From Eledone cirrhosa (taxonomy: Eukaryota), in assembly GCA_964016885.1 (NCBI GenBank), contig OZ024746.1, forward strand, positions 2,790,001 to 2,854,000: DNA of 64,000 bases, in the 5' to 3' direction. Every line of letters begins with the position of its first letter. Position 1 is the first letter of the stretch. Of the stretch, positions 14,143 to 26,433 are shown piece after piece. The position numbers and the translations under genes were made by a program. The notes beneath the pieces were generated by a model. It had not been told where the DNA came from. It did no database searches and saw nothing but the letters and a program-made list of their open reading frames with translations.

Positions 14143-14962
14143 TTAACAGCTAATTATAGCAGGTTGAGCCACAACTACATAGATTTCTTCCTTTGTTTGA
14201 GACCACTGTAATTCTCTGGTCTGATGCTTATCATTGATTATCATGGTGTTAAGTGTGGACATTATTGATCTCAGATCTGCAGCCAATGAAACACTTATGT
14301 AGTACAGTGCTGCAGTTGCTGGTGCTTAACCCTTTCATTACCATATTTCTCATGAAATGCACTGTATTTCAATTAATTAAGAATTTAGGAGGGATTTACT
14401 AAACTTTCATTATTAACATAAAAAGTTTTTATATAAAATTGTGTTGAAGATTTAAATACTGCCTTACAAAACGAGTGACTGTGATTCTTGTATGGGTTCT
14501 ATCCTTGCCTGTTGTATCTATTTATAACTTCAGGAACTTGGCTATATTATAATTGTTTTAGCTATAAACACAATATAATAAGTGGGGGTGACACTTGAGG
14601 CCTTTCAGCTTGTGTAATAATCTTGTGGGCTTGTCATTTACATTCTCTGATAGTGGTTATAGAAAAATTCAAAGACAAGTCTGATAAGTAGCTCACACCC
14701 ATCTTAATCAGTTGATTACCCTTTTCTTCGAAATCGATCTTCATGTTCAGTTGGCCTGGCACTTATTGATCCACATACATGAGAAGTTAAGTTGACCCAG
14801 TCAATATCTGAACTGTCAAAACAAACTATCCAGACAACTGTATTAATACCAGGAAATACTTAAATCACAGGGATCACTTTGATTTGACTTTTGTATTTAT
14901 TTTTGTTTTGTTTATTGATCTTATCTTGTGTGTTGGTGTATGTACTCAGTCATGTGTGCACC

Positions 14963-15273
14963 TCTTTCTCTCTGCCTCTCTCTGCGTCTCTTTGCCCCTC
15001 TCTCTGCGTCTCTTTGCCCCTCTCTCTGCCTCTCTCTGTCTCTCTTTGCCCCTCTCTGTGCCCCTCTCTCTGCCTCTCTGTGCCCCTCTCTCTGCCTCTC
15101 TGTCTCTCTTTGCCCCTCTCTCTGCCTCTCTGTCTCTCTTTGCCCCTCTCTCTGCCTCTCTCTCTGCTTCTCTCTCTCTCTCTCTGCCCTCTCTCTCTCT
15201 GCCCACCCCCACCCCCTCTCTCTCTCTGCCCACCCCCTCTCTCTCTCCCCCTCTCTCTCTCTTTCTCTCTCTT

Positions 15274-15330
<57 letters not shown>
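14963..15330. repeat. CT-rich minisatellite/microsatellite (ctctctctgcc / tttgcccc)
   Basis: Direct inspection. Confidence 0.92.
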
Positions 15331-15333
<3 letters not shown>

Positions 15334-16238
15334 CCACATTATTATCAAATTCCCAGCTGGTGTATATGTCTGGTTATAAAAACAGTATTTCTCTAACTCT
15401 ATATGACCCTCTCAGACAACATGTTGTTCTAATTAACAAGTCTTCACAATATCTCTATTTTTCTTACTTCAGTTGATATTTTACTATTTACTTATATAGT
15501 CTGGTCGTTGTTCTTGTTGTCGTTGTTGTTTTAATAAAGAAAATATGAAAAAACAACAAAGCCATAATAATTGTTATTTTGTTGTCTTAATATTGACACT
15601 GAAGAAAGAGGAAGTGACTCTGGGGTATATTAACGTAATTAGAAGGTTTCGCCCCCTCTTTCCTACTTCTCCTCCTCTTTCCTACTTCTCCTCCTCTTTC
15701 CTACTTCTCCTCCTCTTCCTACTCCTTCTTCTCCCACTTATTCCTGAGAGGATCTTTGGGGGGGGGGGGGGGGGCAGAGTCCTAAAATACTCCTTCCATC
15801 AGGTCCTGTCAGAAGCAACCATCTTCAATTGATCCAGCTGAATCCCCAAGACCAGCCTAACTCGGACGTTATCCAAACATCTTGCTGTGGGTCTCCTGCC
15901 AGTTGGTTTTGCCTGTAAAAATCTGTCGAGCAATTCTTTCTTGGACAGATTTTACAGGCAAAACCCAAATTCCTCATTAATTTATTGAAATAAAATATAT
16001 TAATTAGAAATGTAACATAAAATGATAAAGGATTGATGTTGATAGTTTAGAGTTAAATGACTTCATAACTATGGGAAACAAGAAATATATTTAAAATATG
16101 TAAACTCCTTAAGAAATTGCAAATAGCCTTCTTATGAAACTGAGTAATATTCAGGCTTAATTGCTGAAGATACGATTTTATTTGTGCTAGTGTATGTTTA
16201 AAGAAATGTATATATTTATGGATGATTGCTTTTGTTTG

Positions 16239-16274
<36 letters not shown>

Positions 16275-16461
16275 ATATAGGTATGTGTATATATGTGTGT
16301 GTGTGTGTATATATAGGTATGTGTATATATGTGTGTGTGTGTATATATAGGTATGTGTATATATAGGTATGTGTGTGTATATATATATATGTGTGTATAT
16401 ATATATATATATGTGTGTATATATATATATGTGTGTATATATATATATATATATGTGTGTA

Positions 16462-16494
<33 letters not shown>

Positions 16495-17089
16495 GTGTGT
16501 ATATATATGTGTGTATATATGTGTGTGTATATATATATATATATGTGTGTATATATGTGTGTGTATATATATATATATATGTGTGTGTATATATGTGTGT
16601 ATATATATATATATATATGTGTGTGTATATATGTGTGTATATATATATATATATGTGTGTGTGTATATATGTGTGTATATATATATATATATATGTGTGT
16701 GTGTATATATGTGTGTATATATATATATATATATGTGTGTGTGTATATATGTGTGTATATATATATATATATATGTGTGTGTGTATATATGTGTGTATAT
16801 ATATATATATATGTGTGTGTGTATATATGTGTGTATATATATATATATATGTGTGTGTGTGTATATATGTGTGTATATATATATATATATGTGTGTATAT
16901 ATGTGTGTATATATATATATATATGTGTGTGTGTATATATGTGTGTATATATATATATATATGTGTGTGTGTGTATATATGTGTGTATATATATATATAT
17001 ATGTGTGTGTATATATGTGTGTATATATATATATATATGTGTGTGTGTATATATGTGTGTATATATATATATATATATGTGTGTGTGTA

Positions 17090-17120
<31 letters not shown>

Positions 17121-17129
17121 GTGTGTGTA

Positions 17130-17172
<43 letters not shown>

Positions 17173-17181
17173 ATATATGTG

Positions 17182-17212
<31 letters not shown>

Positions 17213-17236
17213 ATATGTAATGTATATGTATATATA
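16239..17236. repeat. Alternating (TA)n(TG)n compound microsatellite (similar tracts at 23577-24048 and 25936-26098)
   Basis: Direct inspection. Confidence 0.97.
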
Positions 17237-18134
17237 GTTGAAAAAACGGGATAAAGTTAAAAAGTGAAGGTGAAAATACACAGAAATATATTTAAAGATT
17301 ATTTTTTTCCCTAATCTGACAGAATGAATAATTTTATAATTGTTGCATTAAACATAACCGGGTTCGATTGGTATAACAATCTTATCGAATATTAAATATC
17401 AAATATTTTTTAAATGTTTTTCATGTATTCTGTGAGCAGTTTGAAAATATATATACCCATGCACACACTTGTTTATACTACAGTAGCCTGTGACCAGATT
17501 CCAGGAGAATGGAAATGGGAGTAATTCCATAAAACTATGTTTATTTGTATATATAATAATGTTTGAGATATAAAACAGTGGTGCATGTTTACACATAACT
17601 TACATACCACACATAAACACGTGTGTGTGTTTATATGTAAGATCAACAGGATTAAGTATTGACCAAACTTTGTTCAATCAAATCTCATGGAAAAAAATCT
17701 TGAATTGGTGTTCAAATAATGTTATCTTGTTTACCTTACATATGAATAAATATATATCACATTCTATATAACTTTAATACAGTATGTGCCGAAAGTAAAC
17801 AAAAACTTTGTATGTCAGTCTAGTGTGTGTTTCGTATACAAACAATTATAATTTAAATATTGTCATTAAATGAGATTGTCTTGTCATGAAGCAACAATAA
17901 TGCCTCTAGTAACTACATTATAGATTGCAGTGACCAAATACAAACATCATTAGACTATACTAAATATTTATTAATTAAATATCGTTTAAGTAAATGATTT
18001 AAAATGTTGTGTGCAAATAAAAAAGAAAAAAGAAATTTGAAACTCAATTTCTTTTAATGTAAATATTTCAGTATTTTGATGTTTGAAACAAGATATTTTA
18101 AAATAATTCAATATGTTGTTTATTGTTATTTCAG

Positions 18135-18408
18135 ATGTTGCCATGTCCTGGGCAGTATGTTAAAGCAATCTATGATTTTGAGAGTAACTACCCAAGTGAG
18201 TTGAACCTACGAAAAGGTGATATCGTCTTAGTGAGAACTGTGGTAAATGAGAATTGGCTATGTGGCGAACTACGAGGTCAGCAGGGCAACTTTCCTGTCA
18301 GTTTTGTCTCCAAAATTGTTCTACCATCCATTCGAAAGGGCCAAAAAATATTTGCTGCCACAGAAAAGTTCTTTGCACAAGAGAAAGGGGATTTGGACTT
18401 TTGTCGAG
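18135..18408 (+). CDS. DNMBP: Dynamin-binding protein (Tuba) first coding exon: SH3-1 and first half of SH3-2
   Basis: Acceptor tttcag|ATG. Translation MLPCPGQYVKAIYDF...ELNLRKGD...WLCGE...GNFPVSFVSKIVLPSIRKGQKIF...DLDFCR resembles the recalled N-terminus of vertebrate DNMBP (..FPSSFVEIVTIPSLKEGERLF..LPLHRGD). Donor G|GTTTGT, phase 1. Confidence 0.88.
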
Positions 18409-19128
18409 GTTTGTAACTAAAAATAAATATGTGCGTGAGTGTGGCGGATTTGAAGGGTTGGCTTCAATATTACAACTTTAATATTATTTTAGTTAGGAAT
18501 TGTCACAAAAACCAGCAAAAGAGCTTCTTATATTATAACACTGTTGGTCTTGCTTAGAAAAAAAATGACATTAGAGTGATGATGATGATACCAACTACTC
18601 TTGGGTCTCAATTATATATAATCATTTTTGTCACACAAAAGTACAATTATTATCCACACATCTATATTATTTCCAAGTAACTGATTCAACTGAATTTAAT
18701 ATGTTGCCTTGTATATGTTATTAAACAGTTGCTCCAACTGTTAATGAGATTTATGCAATACTGTACTGGTTTGTTGTAGTCAGGATCTAGCATGCTTCTA
18801 GTTGTGTATCGTTAACCCTTTAGCAGTTAAACCGGCCATATCCAGCCAGAATTCTCTCACCTATATATATATATGGGGGGGGGGGGGTCAAAGCTGCATT
18901 ATATTAGATAATGTTTAACCATAACTAATAAAATTGACAGTGAAATGAATACTTGCTATCTTGAGCATTAGGGAATATAGTTGCAAGAAAGTCAGGATTT
19001 ATAGTGTGGATGTTATAAAGATAGAATGGCCAGTTTTAGTTCACTGACTGACCAATCTTTATGGCACGAAAATATATATTCTCAGTGAGAATGATTTTTT
19101 TTTTTTCTCTCTTTTCAAATCTTCTTAC

Positions 19129-19213
19129 ATGTGTATATACTCCTTCAATTCAGATTGCATGTGTATATACTCCTTCAATTCAGATTGCATGTGTATATAC
19201 TCCTTCAATTCAG
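19129..19213. repeat. 30-bp tandem triplication upstream of the giant exon
   Basis: catgtgtatatactccttcaattcagattg, about 3 copies. Confidence 0.9.
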
Positions 19214-19306
19214 AATTATTCTATTCAGTAGTAATTTTAAATAAAAGTTAAGTTTTATATTTGTTAATGTAATTTTTATAGTAATAATAATAATTTTCTA
19301 TTGTAG

Positions 19307-21127
19307 GTGACGTTATTGTTGGCCTTCGTGCTCAAGACAGTAATTGGTGGAGTGGCTGTCTTGTAGGCCAAAGTAAAAATGGCATCTTTCCGCTTACACA
19401 TGTTTATGAACTGGACAATAATTACATTTCATTCAAGACTGAACAAAACCAAATTGTGCGGGCTCTTGTGGATTGTACACCTCAACTTGATGAAGAACTT
19501 GGCTTCAAAGCCGGGGATCTTATCACCGTTTTGGAAATGGTTGATAATGATTGGTACATTGGGGAATGCCATGATAAACAAGGCATGTTTCTTACTTCGT
19601 GTGTAGAATTTCTTAATTCAAGTCATACAGGCAAGACCTATTCCAATCCTCCTGTAACATCAAGTCTGTCTAAAACAACTGCTGCATCTTTTAATCTTTC
19701 TCGAACTTCTCATACATATAACAGTGAAAACACACGGTCATATGATTCATCTGTGACTCCCTATGCAAGAACGTTGTACTCATTCACAGCACAGGCTGGA
19801 AATGAGTTGACATTTGGTGCAAATGAGATTATATTATTACTTTGTCATGTGGACAGTCAGTGGATAAAAGGTGAGTTAGATGGGAAAACTGGAATTTTCC
19901 CAGCCAGTTATGTGGACATAATTGTAGACTGTCCACATTTGGAGTCTGATCTCTCCAATATGTCTAGTTCACAGAACAGTTCTCATAAATTACCACTCAC
20001 CTCATCTATTGACTGTCAAGAGGAAGAATGCTATGGTTTAGTTAAATACGATTTTAAAGCAGAAACCAGTGGAGACCTAAATCTTAAAGAAGGGGATACA
20101 ATTACAATACTACAACAAGTTGATCAAAATTGGTTTCTTGCAAAGAAAGAAGACAATGAAATTGGACATTGTCCTGTCAATCATATTGATGTTGTTGGTT
20201 CTGAACCAAAATTTCTTTTAGCCGATCATCCCCATGTTGCCAATGCCACTGCTCAGGGAATAGGAATTGTCCCAAGAACAGAACAAAAAACTGTCAGAAA
20301 TGATTTGAAAGATGGCTATCAAGACAAGGAGAATAATAATATTTTTAGTAATCAATTAAAGCATAATAAATCCTCACCCAAGTTTCTTTTGCCTACAGTT
20401 CCTAAACCTTCCCTTCAGCCGAAACCTGTTCCCAAACCCAAACCAGCTGTTTTACCAAAGTCTTCCTCCCCTCCCTTACCTACCAAATCAGTCCACAGAC
20501 CACCCCGACCACACACCATATCTGGAAGTTCTAGTTTTGATACTCATCATTTGAACTCCTTAATAGAAAATGAAATCCAAACGGATTGTCGGAAATCATT
20601 TCCAATATTAGATAGCAATGAAAACATGGAATACCAGAGTTCTTCTGGTGAAAAAATGAAGTTAAATATTGCTAATCAAACAATCTTCTTTGAATGTAAG
20701 GGCAGTGCATCACCTTTTGTTTCATCTGATGTGCAGGAGAAACCTAGTGGTCATCTCTCTGATGACTCTTTCTCTAGTCAGTGGGAAAATGGTGAAAAGT
20801 CTTTTGCAAAACCAGTCCCAATCCGTCGCCCACCCCCACCTCCTCAACGTAATAACTTCTCTGGTGCTAATTCAGTTTCTTTAAATGAGAGAAAATATGT
20901 CCGTAAGAATCAGGCGTTACGTTCCTCAAGCTCAAAACCGTCCCCTGTGCAAGGTAGTACAAAGCCTTCTTCCGAGGGGAAAGGCATGCAGCGAAAACTC
21001 TCTGAGCGTATGATTCCCTCCAGACCAGCACCAGCTCGGCCACCTCCTAGATCTATTCCAACAATTAAACAAAAAGGTCAAGAATCATCAGAACCAAATT
21101 CCTCTATTCAAACATCTTCTTTAACAG
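19307..21127 (+). CDS. DNMBP: DNMBP giant exon: rest of SH3-2, SH3-3, SH3-4, SH3-5 and Pro/Ser-rich linker
   Basis: Acceptor ttgtag|GT GAC continues phase 1 (G-DVIVGLRAQDSNWWSG...GIFPLTHVYEL) in the frame of ORF 19456-21132. Three further SH3 domains follow, then PxxP/RPPPP motifs. Donor ACAG|GTTAGT, phase 1. Confidence 0.9.
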
Positions 21128-21477
21128 GTTAGTGGCTTTTTTTTATTTTTTATGATTAAAAAAAAAATTTTAAAGCTTTTTTTCAATTATTAATGAATTC
21201 TGTGTTTTTGTTTTACGTTCTGAGTTCAAATCCTGCCATGGTTAGCTTTACCTTTCATCCTGAGGAGATTGATAAAATAAAGTACCAGTAATGCACTGGG
21301 GTCAATTTAATTGACTTCCCCTTCCTCAGGCCTTGTGCCTAAATCAGAAACCATTATTTTCTAGAACAGTGAATTCAAATGCTGGGTACCTCCAGAGAAG
21401 AGCAATTTTACTATTTTATGGAGAATTTTGAACATTCCTTTTTTGTTAATTTCTAAATTTTACATTATATATATATA

Positions 21478-21724
21478 TCACCTTGACCGACCAGTCTGTC
21501 GGGCGCTGCTAGTCACATCACGTCATGCTGTTTTAGCCATAAGATAACGCCATCCCACTGGCTGGGCGGGCAGGCCGGTACTCATTTCTACAGCTGAGTA
21601 AACTGGAGCAACATGAAATAAAGTGTCTTGCTCAAGGAAACAACACATCACCCGGTCCGAGAATTGAACTCACAACCTTTCGATTGCAAGCCCAATGCTC
21701 TAACCACTAAGCCATGCGCCTTCA
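21478..21724 (-). mobile_element. SINE with family A head and body but a different 3' tail
   Basis: Reverse complement matches the 8622 copy up to ...gtagaaatgag, then continues taccggcctgcccgccc...ggtcggtcaaggtga(TA)n. Confidence 0.8.
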
Positions 21725-21964
21725 CATATATATATTATATATATATATATATTATATATATATAAATATATATATATCATCATCATCATCATCTTCGTTT
21801 AACGTCCATTTTCCATGCTAGCATATTATATATATATAAATATAGAAAAAAATAAGCGAGAATTACTTTTTAGTATGTTACAATCTTTGAATTGTTAATA
21901 CAGATGTCCCAAGGCTCAGGAACCATCAACACCATAAACACAGAGCTGGCATATCTAAGAACTG

Positions 21965-22020
21965 ACTGCCTGATGAGGTCATAGCCATTCAATGGCTATC
22001 ATCGAAATATATATAGCAGT
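21965..22020 (+). ncRNA. Minimal type I hammerhead ribozyme motif
   Basis: Stem I actgc/gcagt, CTGATGA, stem II ggtc-atagccatt/aatggctat-catc, CGAAA, stem III tatata, TA. Confidence 0.78.
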
Positions 22021-22162
22021 AAATAAAGGATTATGAGTTTATGCAATTGACTTATGTTTAGTCACTAAATATATATATATATATATATATATCATACCAA
22101 ACGTGATTTTATATTGAGGAGGAAGAGGTGTGTGTATATATATATATCTATATATATATATA

Positions 22163-22467
22163 TTATTGTTTCTACTTTAGGCACAAGGCCACCAAAATAC
22201 CCAGTGCATTACTGGTACTTTATTTTATCGACCCCGTAACGATGAAAGGCAAAGTTAACCTCGGCGGGATTTGAACTCAGAATAGCAAGGGCCGTAACTC
22301 TATGCGTCAAAGCATGGCGTCCGACCCTCTACCAATACTGCCAATCCACTGCCATTGAGTTCAAATCCCGCCGAGGTTAACTTTGCCTTTCATCGTTATG
22401 GGGTCGATAAAATAAAGTAGCAGTAATGCCCTGGGATAGTTGCTGGCCTTGTGCCTAAAGTAGAAAC

Positions 22468-22472
<5 letters not shown>
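22163..22472. mobile_element. Head-to-head pair of SINE family B copies forming an inverted repeat
   Basis: 22163-22279 is the near-perfect reverse complement of 22356-22472. Confidence 0.85.
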
Positions 22473-22503
<31 letters not shown>

Positions 22504-22521
22504 TATATTGAGGAGGAAGAG

Positions 22522-22562
<41 letters not shown>

Positions 22563-22673
22563 ATATTGAGGAGGAAGAGGTATATATATATATATTGAGG
22601 AGGTGTATATGTATGTATTTATATATATATACAATATATTAATAAATGGAAACTATATTTATAAAACCATATT

Positions 22674-22719
22674 TATTTTATTATATATATTTCAAGGTGC
22701 GCTTTCATCAGATAAAATA
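22674..22719 (-). ncRNA. Minimal type I hammerhead ribozyme motif
   Basis: Minus strand reads tattttat CTGATGA aag-cgcac-ctt GAAA tatata TA ataaaata. Stem I and stem III are the same as in the 8296 motif. Confidence 0.65.
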
Positions 22720-22828
22720 CAGATTTGTTTTATAAATAAATATTGACATACCCGGAAGAAAAGACAACCTTAACGGTTGGAGCTTCCTGGATAAGCTTGT
22801 TGAATCCCAACAAATTAAATATAACCTC

Positions 22829-22881
<53 letters not shown>

Positions 22882-23575
22882 AGGAGGTGTATCAAATTCT
22901 TTGAGATGTCATGGTGGGACATGTTGCAAAAAAGATAAAAAGTCACTGTTCTAGAAATAATCTTGACAGAACAATTCTATTATAAACATAACTTTAATAA
23001 GATTCTATTGTATATTACTATTTTGTTTTTCTTCTGCAACTATACAACAGCTGTTTCTCAGCTGTTATAAGTTAACCTCAAGAATCAAAATCAAAAATGT
23101 TTTTACTGACATTGAGAAAAAATTTGTAAAATTGTGTTCCTTCTCGAAATATACCATTTCCTTTCAATTGATTCATTGATTCAATTGATTCACATAAGTT
23201 AACCACTGAAATAATGTTGACCTGTAAGAGACAATTTTTCTCCCAATAAAGATTTATCAGATATTCATCTCAAATTTACAATTTTTTCTTTGAAAGAAAA
23301 AAAATAAGCGAGAATTACTTTTTAGTATGTTACAATCTTTGAATTGTTAATACAGATGTTTTGGTTAGCTAGAATTCCCTTGATCTCTGGGAACTCTATG
23401 ACGGTAAAAAAAATAAGCAAATATAACTTGTTTCAATTGAGAAATCTTAGAATTTCATTTCTTCCTTGGTAGTTATCTGTATATAAATATATATGAAAAA
23501 ATATCTTTACAGCAATTTCTATGTGATGTTTGATAAGATATATTTTATTAGATATTCTTATCTTCAGAGGGCATT

Positions 23576-23608
<33 letters not shown>

Positions 23609-23611
23609 ATG

Positions 23612-23642
<31 letters not shown>

Positions 23643-24297
23643 ATGTATGTATGTATATATATATATATATATACAATATATATATATGTGTATGTATATA
23701 TATATATACAATATATGTGTGTGTGTATGTATATTTATATATACAATGTGTATGTATATATGTATATATATATATGTGTGTGTGTATGTGTATATATATA
23801 TATACAATATATATATATGTGTGTGTATGTATATTTATATATACAATATATATATATGTGTGTGTGTATATATGAGTGTGTATATTTATATATACAATAT
23901 GTGTATATATATATATATACACAATATATATGTGCGTGTATGTATATTTATATATATATATATAAATATAAATGTGTATATATATATATATATAAATGTG
24001 GGTGTGTGTGTATATATATATATATTGTACACAAGTGTGTGTGTATATTTGAAGTATAGTTAATACGAAGCATTGTGAAATAGGTAATAAAAAACTGATA
24101 AGTTTTAAAAAGATGGAACAATCCTGTAGAATAAGGGAAAAGGATGACAAACAAAACAAAGTAATGTTTTACCCAGTATATTTCAATATGATATTTCAGG
24201 GTTAATACCCTCTTTTCAAATGTAGGACTGAAACAGTTCAAAAACAAAACGAACGATCAATGTGTTCTTTTTTAACTGGCCTACATGTTTGAAATAC

Positions 24298-24330
<33 letters not shown>

Positions 24331-24499
24331 ATATTATATATATATATATATACAATATTCATTTTTATTAAGGTTAAATAGTAAGTCTTGGCAAAACTCC
24401 AGAGTAACAAGAATCACCATTTAGCCTTAATAAAAATGCTTATTAAAACTCTACTTCATTATTGAGCACTCCTTCTCTCAACCCTCAACCACATATGGA

Positions 24500-25935
24500 T
24501 ATCATCATCATCATCATCATCGTTTAACGTCCGTGTTCCATGCTTGCATGGGTTTGGACGGAGGGTTTTCCCACTTGAGGCAAGAGTGGTTATCTTGCTC
24601 GCATAGGACTATCTGGCGGGTTTTCTACAGCTGGATGCCCTTCCTAACACCAACCACATTTACAGTGTGGGGCTGGGAGGTTTTTACCGTGTTGCCTACA
24701 CGGCCACATTACAGCGTGGACTGTGTGTTTTTTTGACGTGACACCTACACGATCTCATTTGTTTCGGCCTGGATGTTGTGGCACCAACATAACTTTACAT
24801 TGAAAGGGGCGGTGTGGATGGGGTGGGGGTGGTGGGACGGGGTGTATTTTGTTAGAGATGCCTACTGACTGTAGTAGGTTTTACTTTGTATTTAGGTAAG
24901 GCGGGTCTTCTCTATTACTGAGTACCGCCAAAGGTCTCGGTCCAGTGACATTGTCTTGGTGAGGTGTAAGTGTGTGAGGTCGGAATTTATCAGCTCGTCC
25001 CAGGTTTTTCTGGGTCTGCCTATTCCGTGGCTACCGTCTATCTTTATTGCCCTGCACTTTGTTATACAGCTATCGTCCTTCATGTGCATCACGTGACCAT
25101 ACCAACGTAGCCTTCTCTCGAGTAAACATCTGATCCCTCTTATTTCTAATTTTTTCCTTAGTTCGTTTATGCTTTGCCGTTCACGTATATTACTATTACA
25201 CATCCAGCGGAGCATGCAAGCTTCGTTTCTCTCTAGTCTGCGTATATCCTCTGCACACAATGCCCAGGTCTCACTGCCGTGCAACATTGCTGTTCGTATG
25301 CAGGCATCGTACAACCTGCCTTTCATTTTTAGGGAGAACCCTTTAGCGGATAATAGTGGTATGAGCTCTCTGAACTTTTTCTACCCAGTTCTGACTCTAG
25401 CTACTGTACTTTCAGAGCACCCTCCCCCACTGCTGATTTTGTCACCCAGGTAACGGAAGCTGTCCACTATTTCTATAGAACCCTCTGCGCAGTTGAAAGA
25501 GCTAGTATTTTTTGGGCACTTGCTGCTACTTATTGCCCCAGAACACCGGCCACATGTAAAATCTATGTTCTTAGTTAGCTTACCTGTGATCCCACTACAT
25601 CTTTTATGCACCCAAACTTTGCATTTGGGACACAAAATGGAGTTTCTACCTACGCCTTTCCTACACACTGAGCATGGCCACTTCCCGGCGGGGACCGCTG
25701 CCTTATTTTCTTTCTTACAAACTAGAACTTTAGTCTTAGCCAGGTTAATTTTAAAGCCTTTTGATTCTAGGCCGTGTTGGAATTTCTTCTCTAGCTCGGC
25801 CATTGTTTCAGCTATGAGCGTTAGATCATCTGCGTATAGGAGTTCCCATGGGCAGCCGGTCTTGAACTCCACTGTTATAGCCTGGAGGGCAATAATAAAT
25901 AGTAGGGGGCTAAGAACAGAGCCCTGATGAACACC
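24500..25935 (-). mobile_element. 5'-truncated RTE-clade LINE (RT C-terminal part, Cys/His finger, 3' UTR, (GAT)n tail)
   Basis: GVHQGSVLSPLLF, LLYADDL, FRYLG, KGRLYDACIRTAMLHGSETW, RRLRWYGHV, GRPRKTW. One in-frame TAG at 25381-83 where W is expected. Ends ...gacgttaaacgatgatgat. Confidence 0.9.
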
Positions 25936-26100
25936 ATATATATATATATATATATATGTGTGTATGTGTATATATATGTGTGTGTATGTGTATATATATG
26001 TGTGTGTATGTGTATATATATGTATGTGTATATATATGTGTGTCTGTGTATATATATATGTGTGTGTGTATGTATTGAGATATATATATATATATGTATT

Positions 26101-26433
26101 GAGGCACATGGCTTAGGGGTTAGAGCATTGGCCTTGCAATCGAAAGGTTGTGAGTTCAATTCTCAGACCGGGTGATGTGTTGTTTCCTTGAGCAAGACAC
26201 TTTATTTCACATTGCTCCAGTTTACTCAGCTGTAGAAATGAGATGATAGGGAGTGGGGTTCATATCATTCCACTGTAAAGTGGTCGTGGAGGTGCCACGG
26301 CAAAAAAGCACCCAGCACTTACTGTAAATGAGGTTGGTGTTAGGAAGGGCATCCAGCTGTAGAAATCAAGCCAGAATCAGTTCCCGTCCCACCCTTGCAA
26401 GCAGGGAAAAGTGGACGTAAAATGAAATGATGA
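26101..26433 (+). mobile_element. SINE family A copy
   Basis: Near-identical to 8622-8961. Confidence 0.85.

Noticed and set aside
16187-17281. Long YI/CV/HT ORFs (also 9729-10227, 14884-15476, 23433-24247, 51914-52429)
   Set aside because: Microsatellite translation artefacts.
18135-21127. SH3D19/Eve-1 or intersectin as gene identity (five SH3 domains)
   Set aside because: In those proteins the SH3 array is not at the extreme N-terminus. The SH3-1/SH3-2 junction here resembles DNMBP.
23515-23575. Minus-strand CTGAAGA-taaga...tctta-tcAAAC hammerhead-like motif
   Set aside because: The GAAA box is broken and there is no clear stem I.
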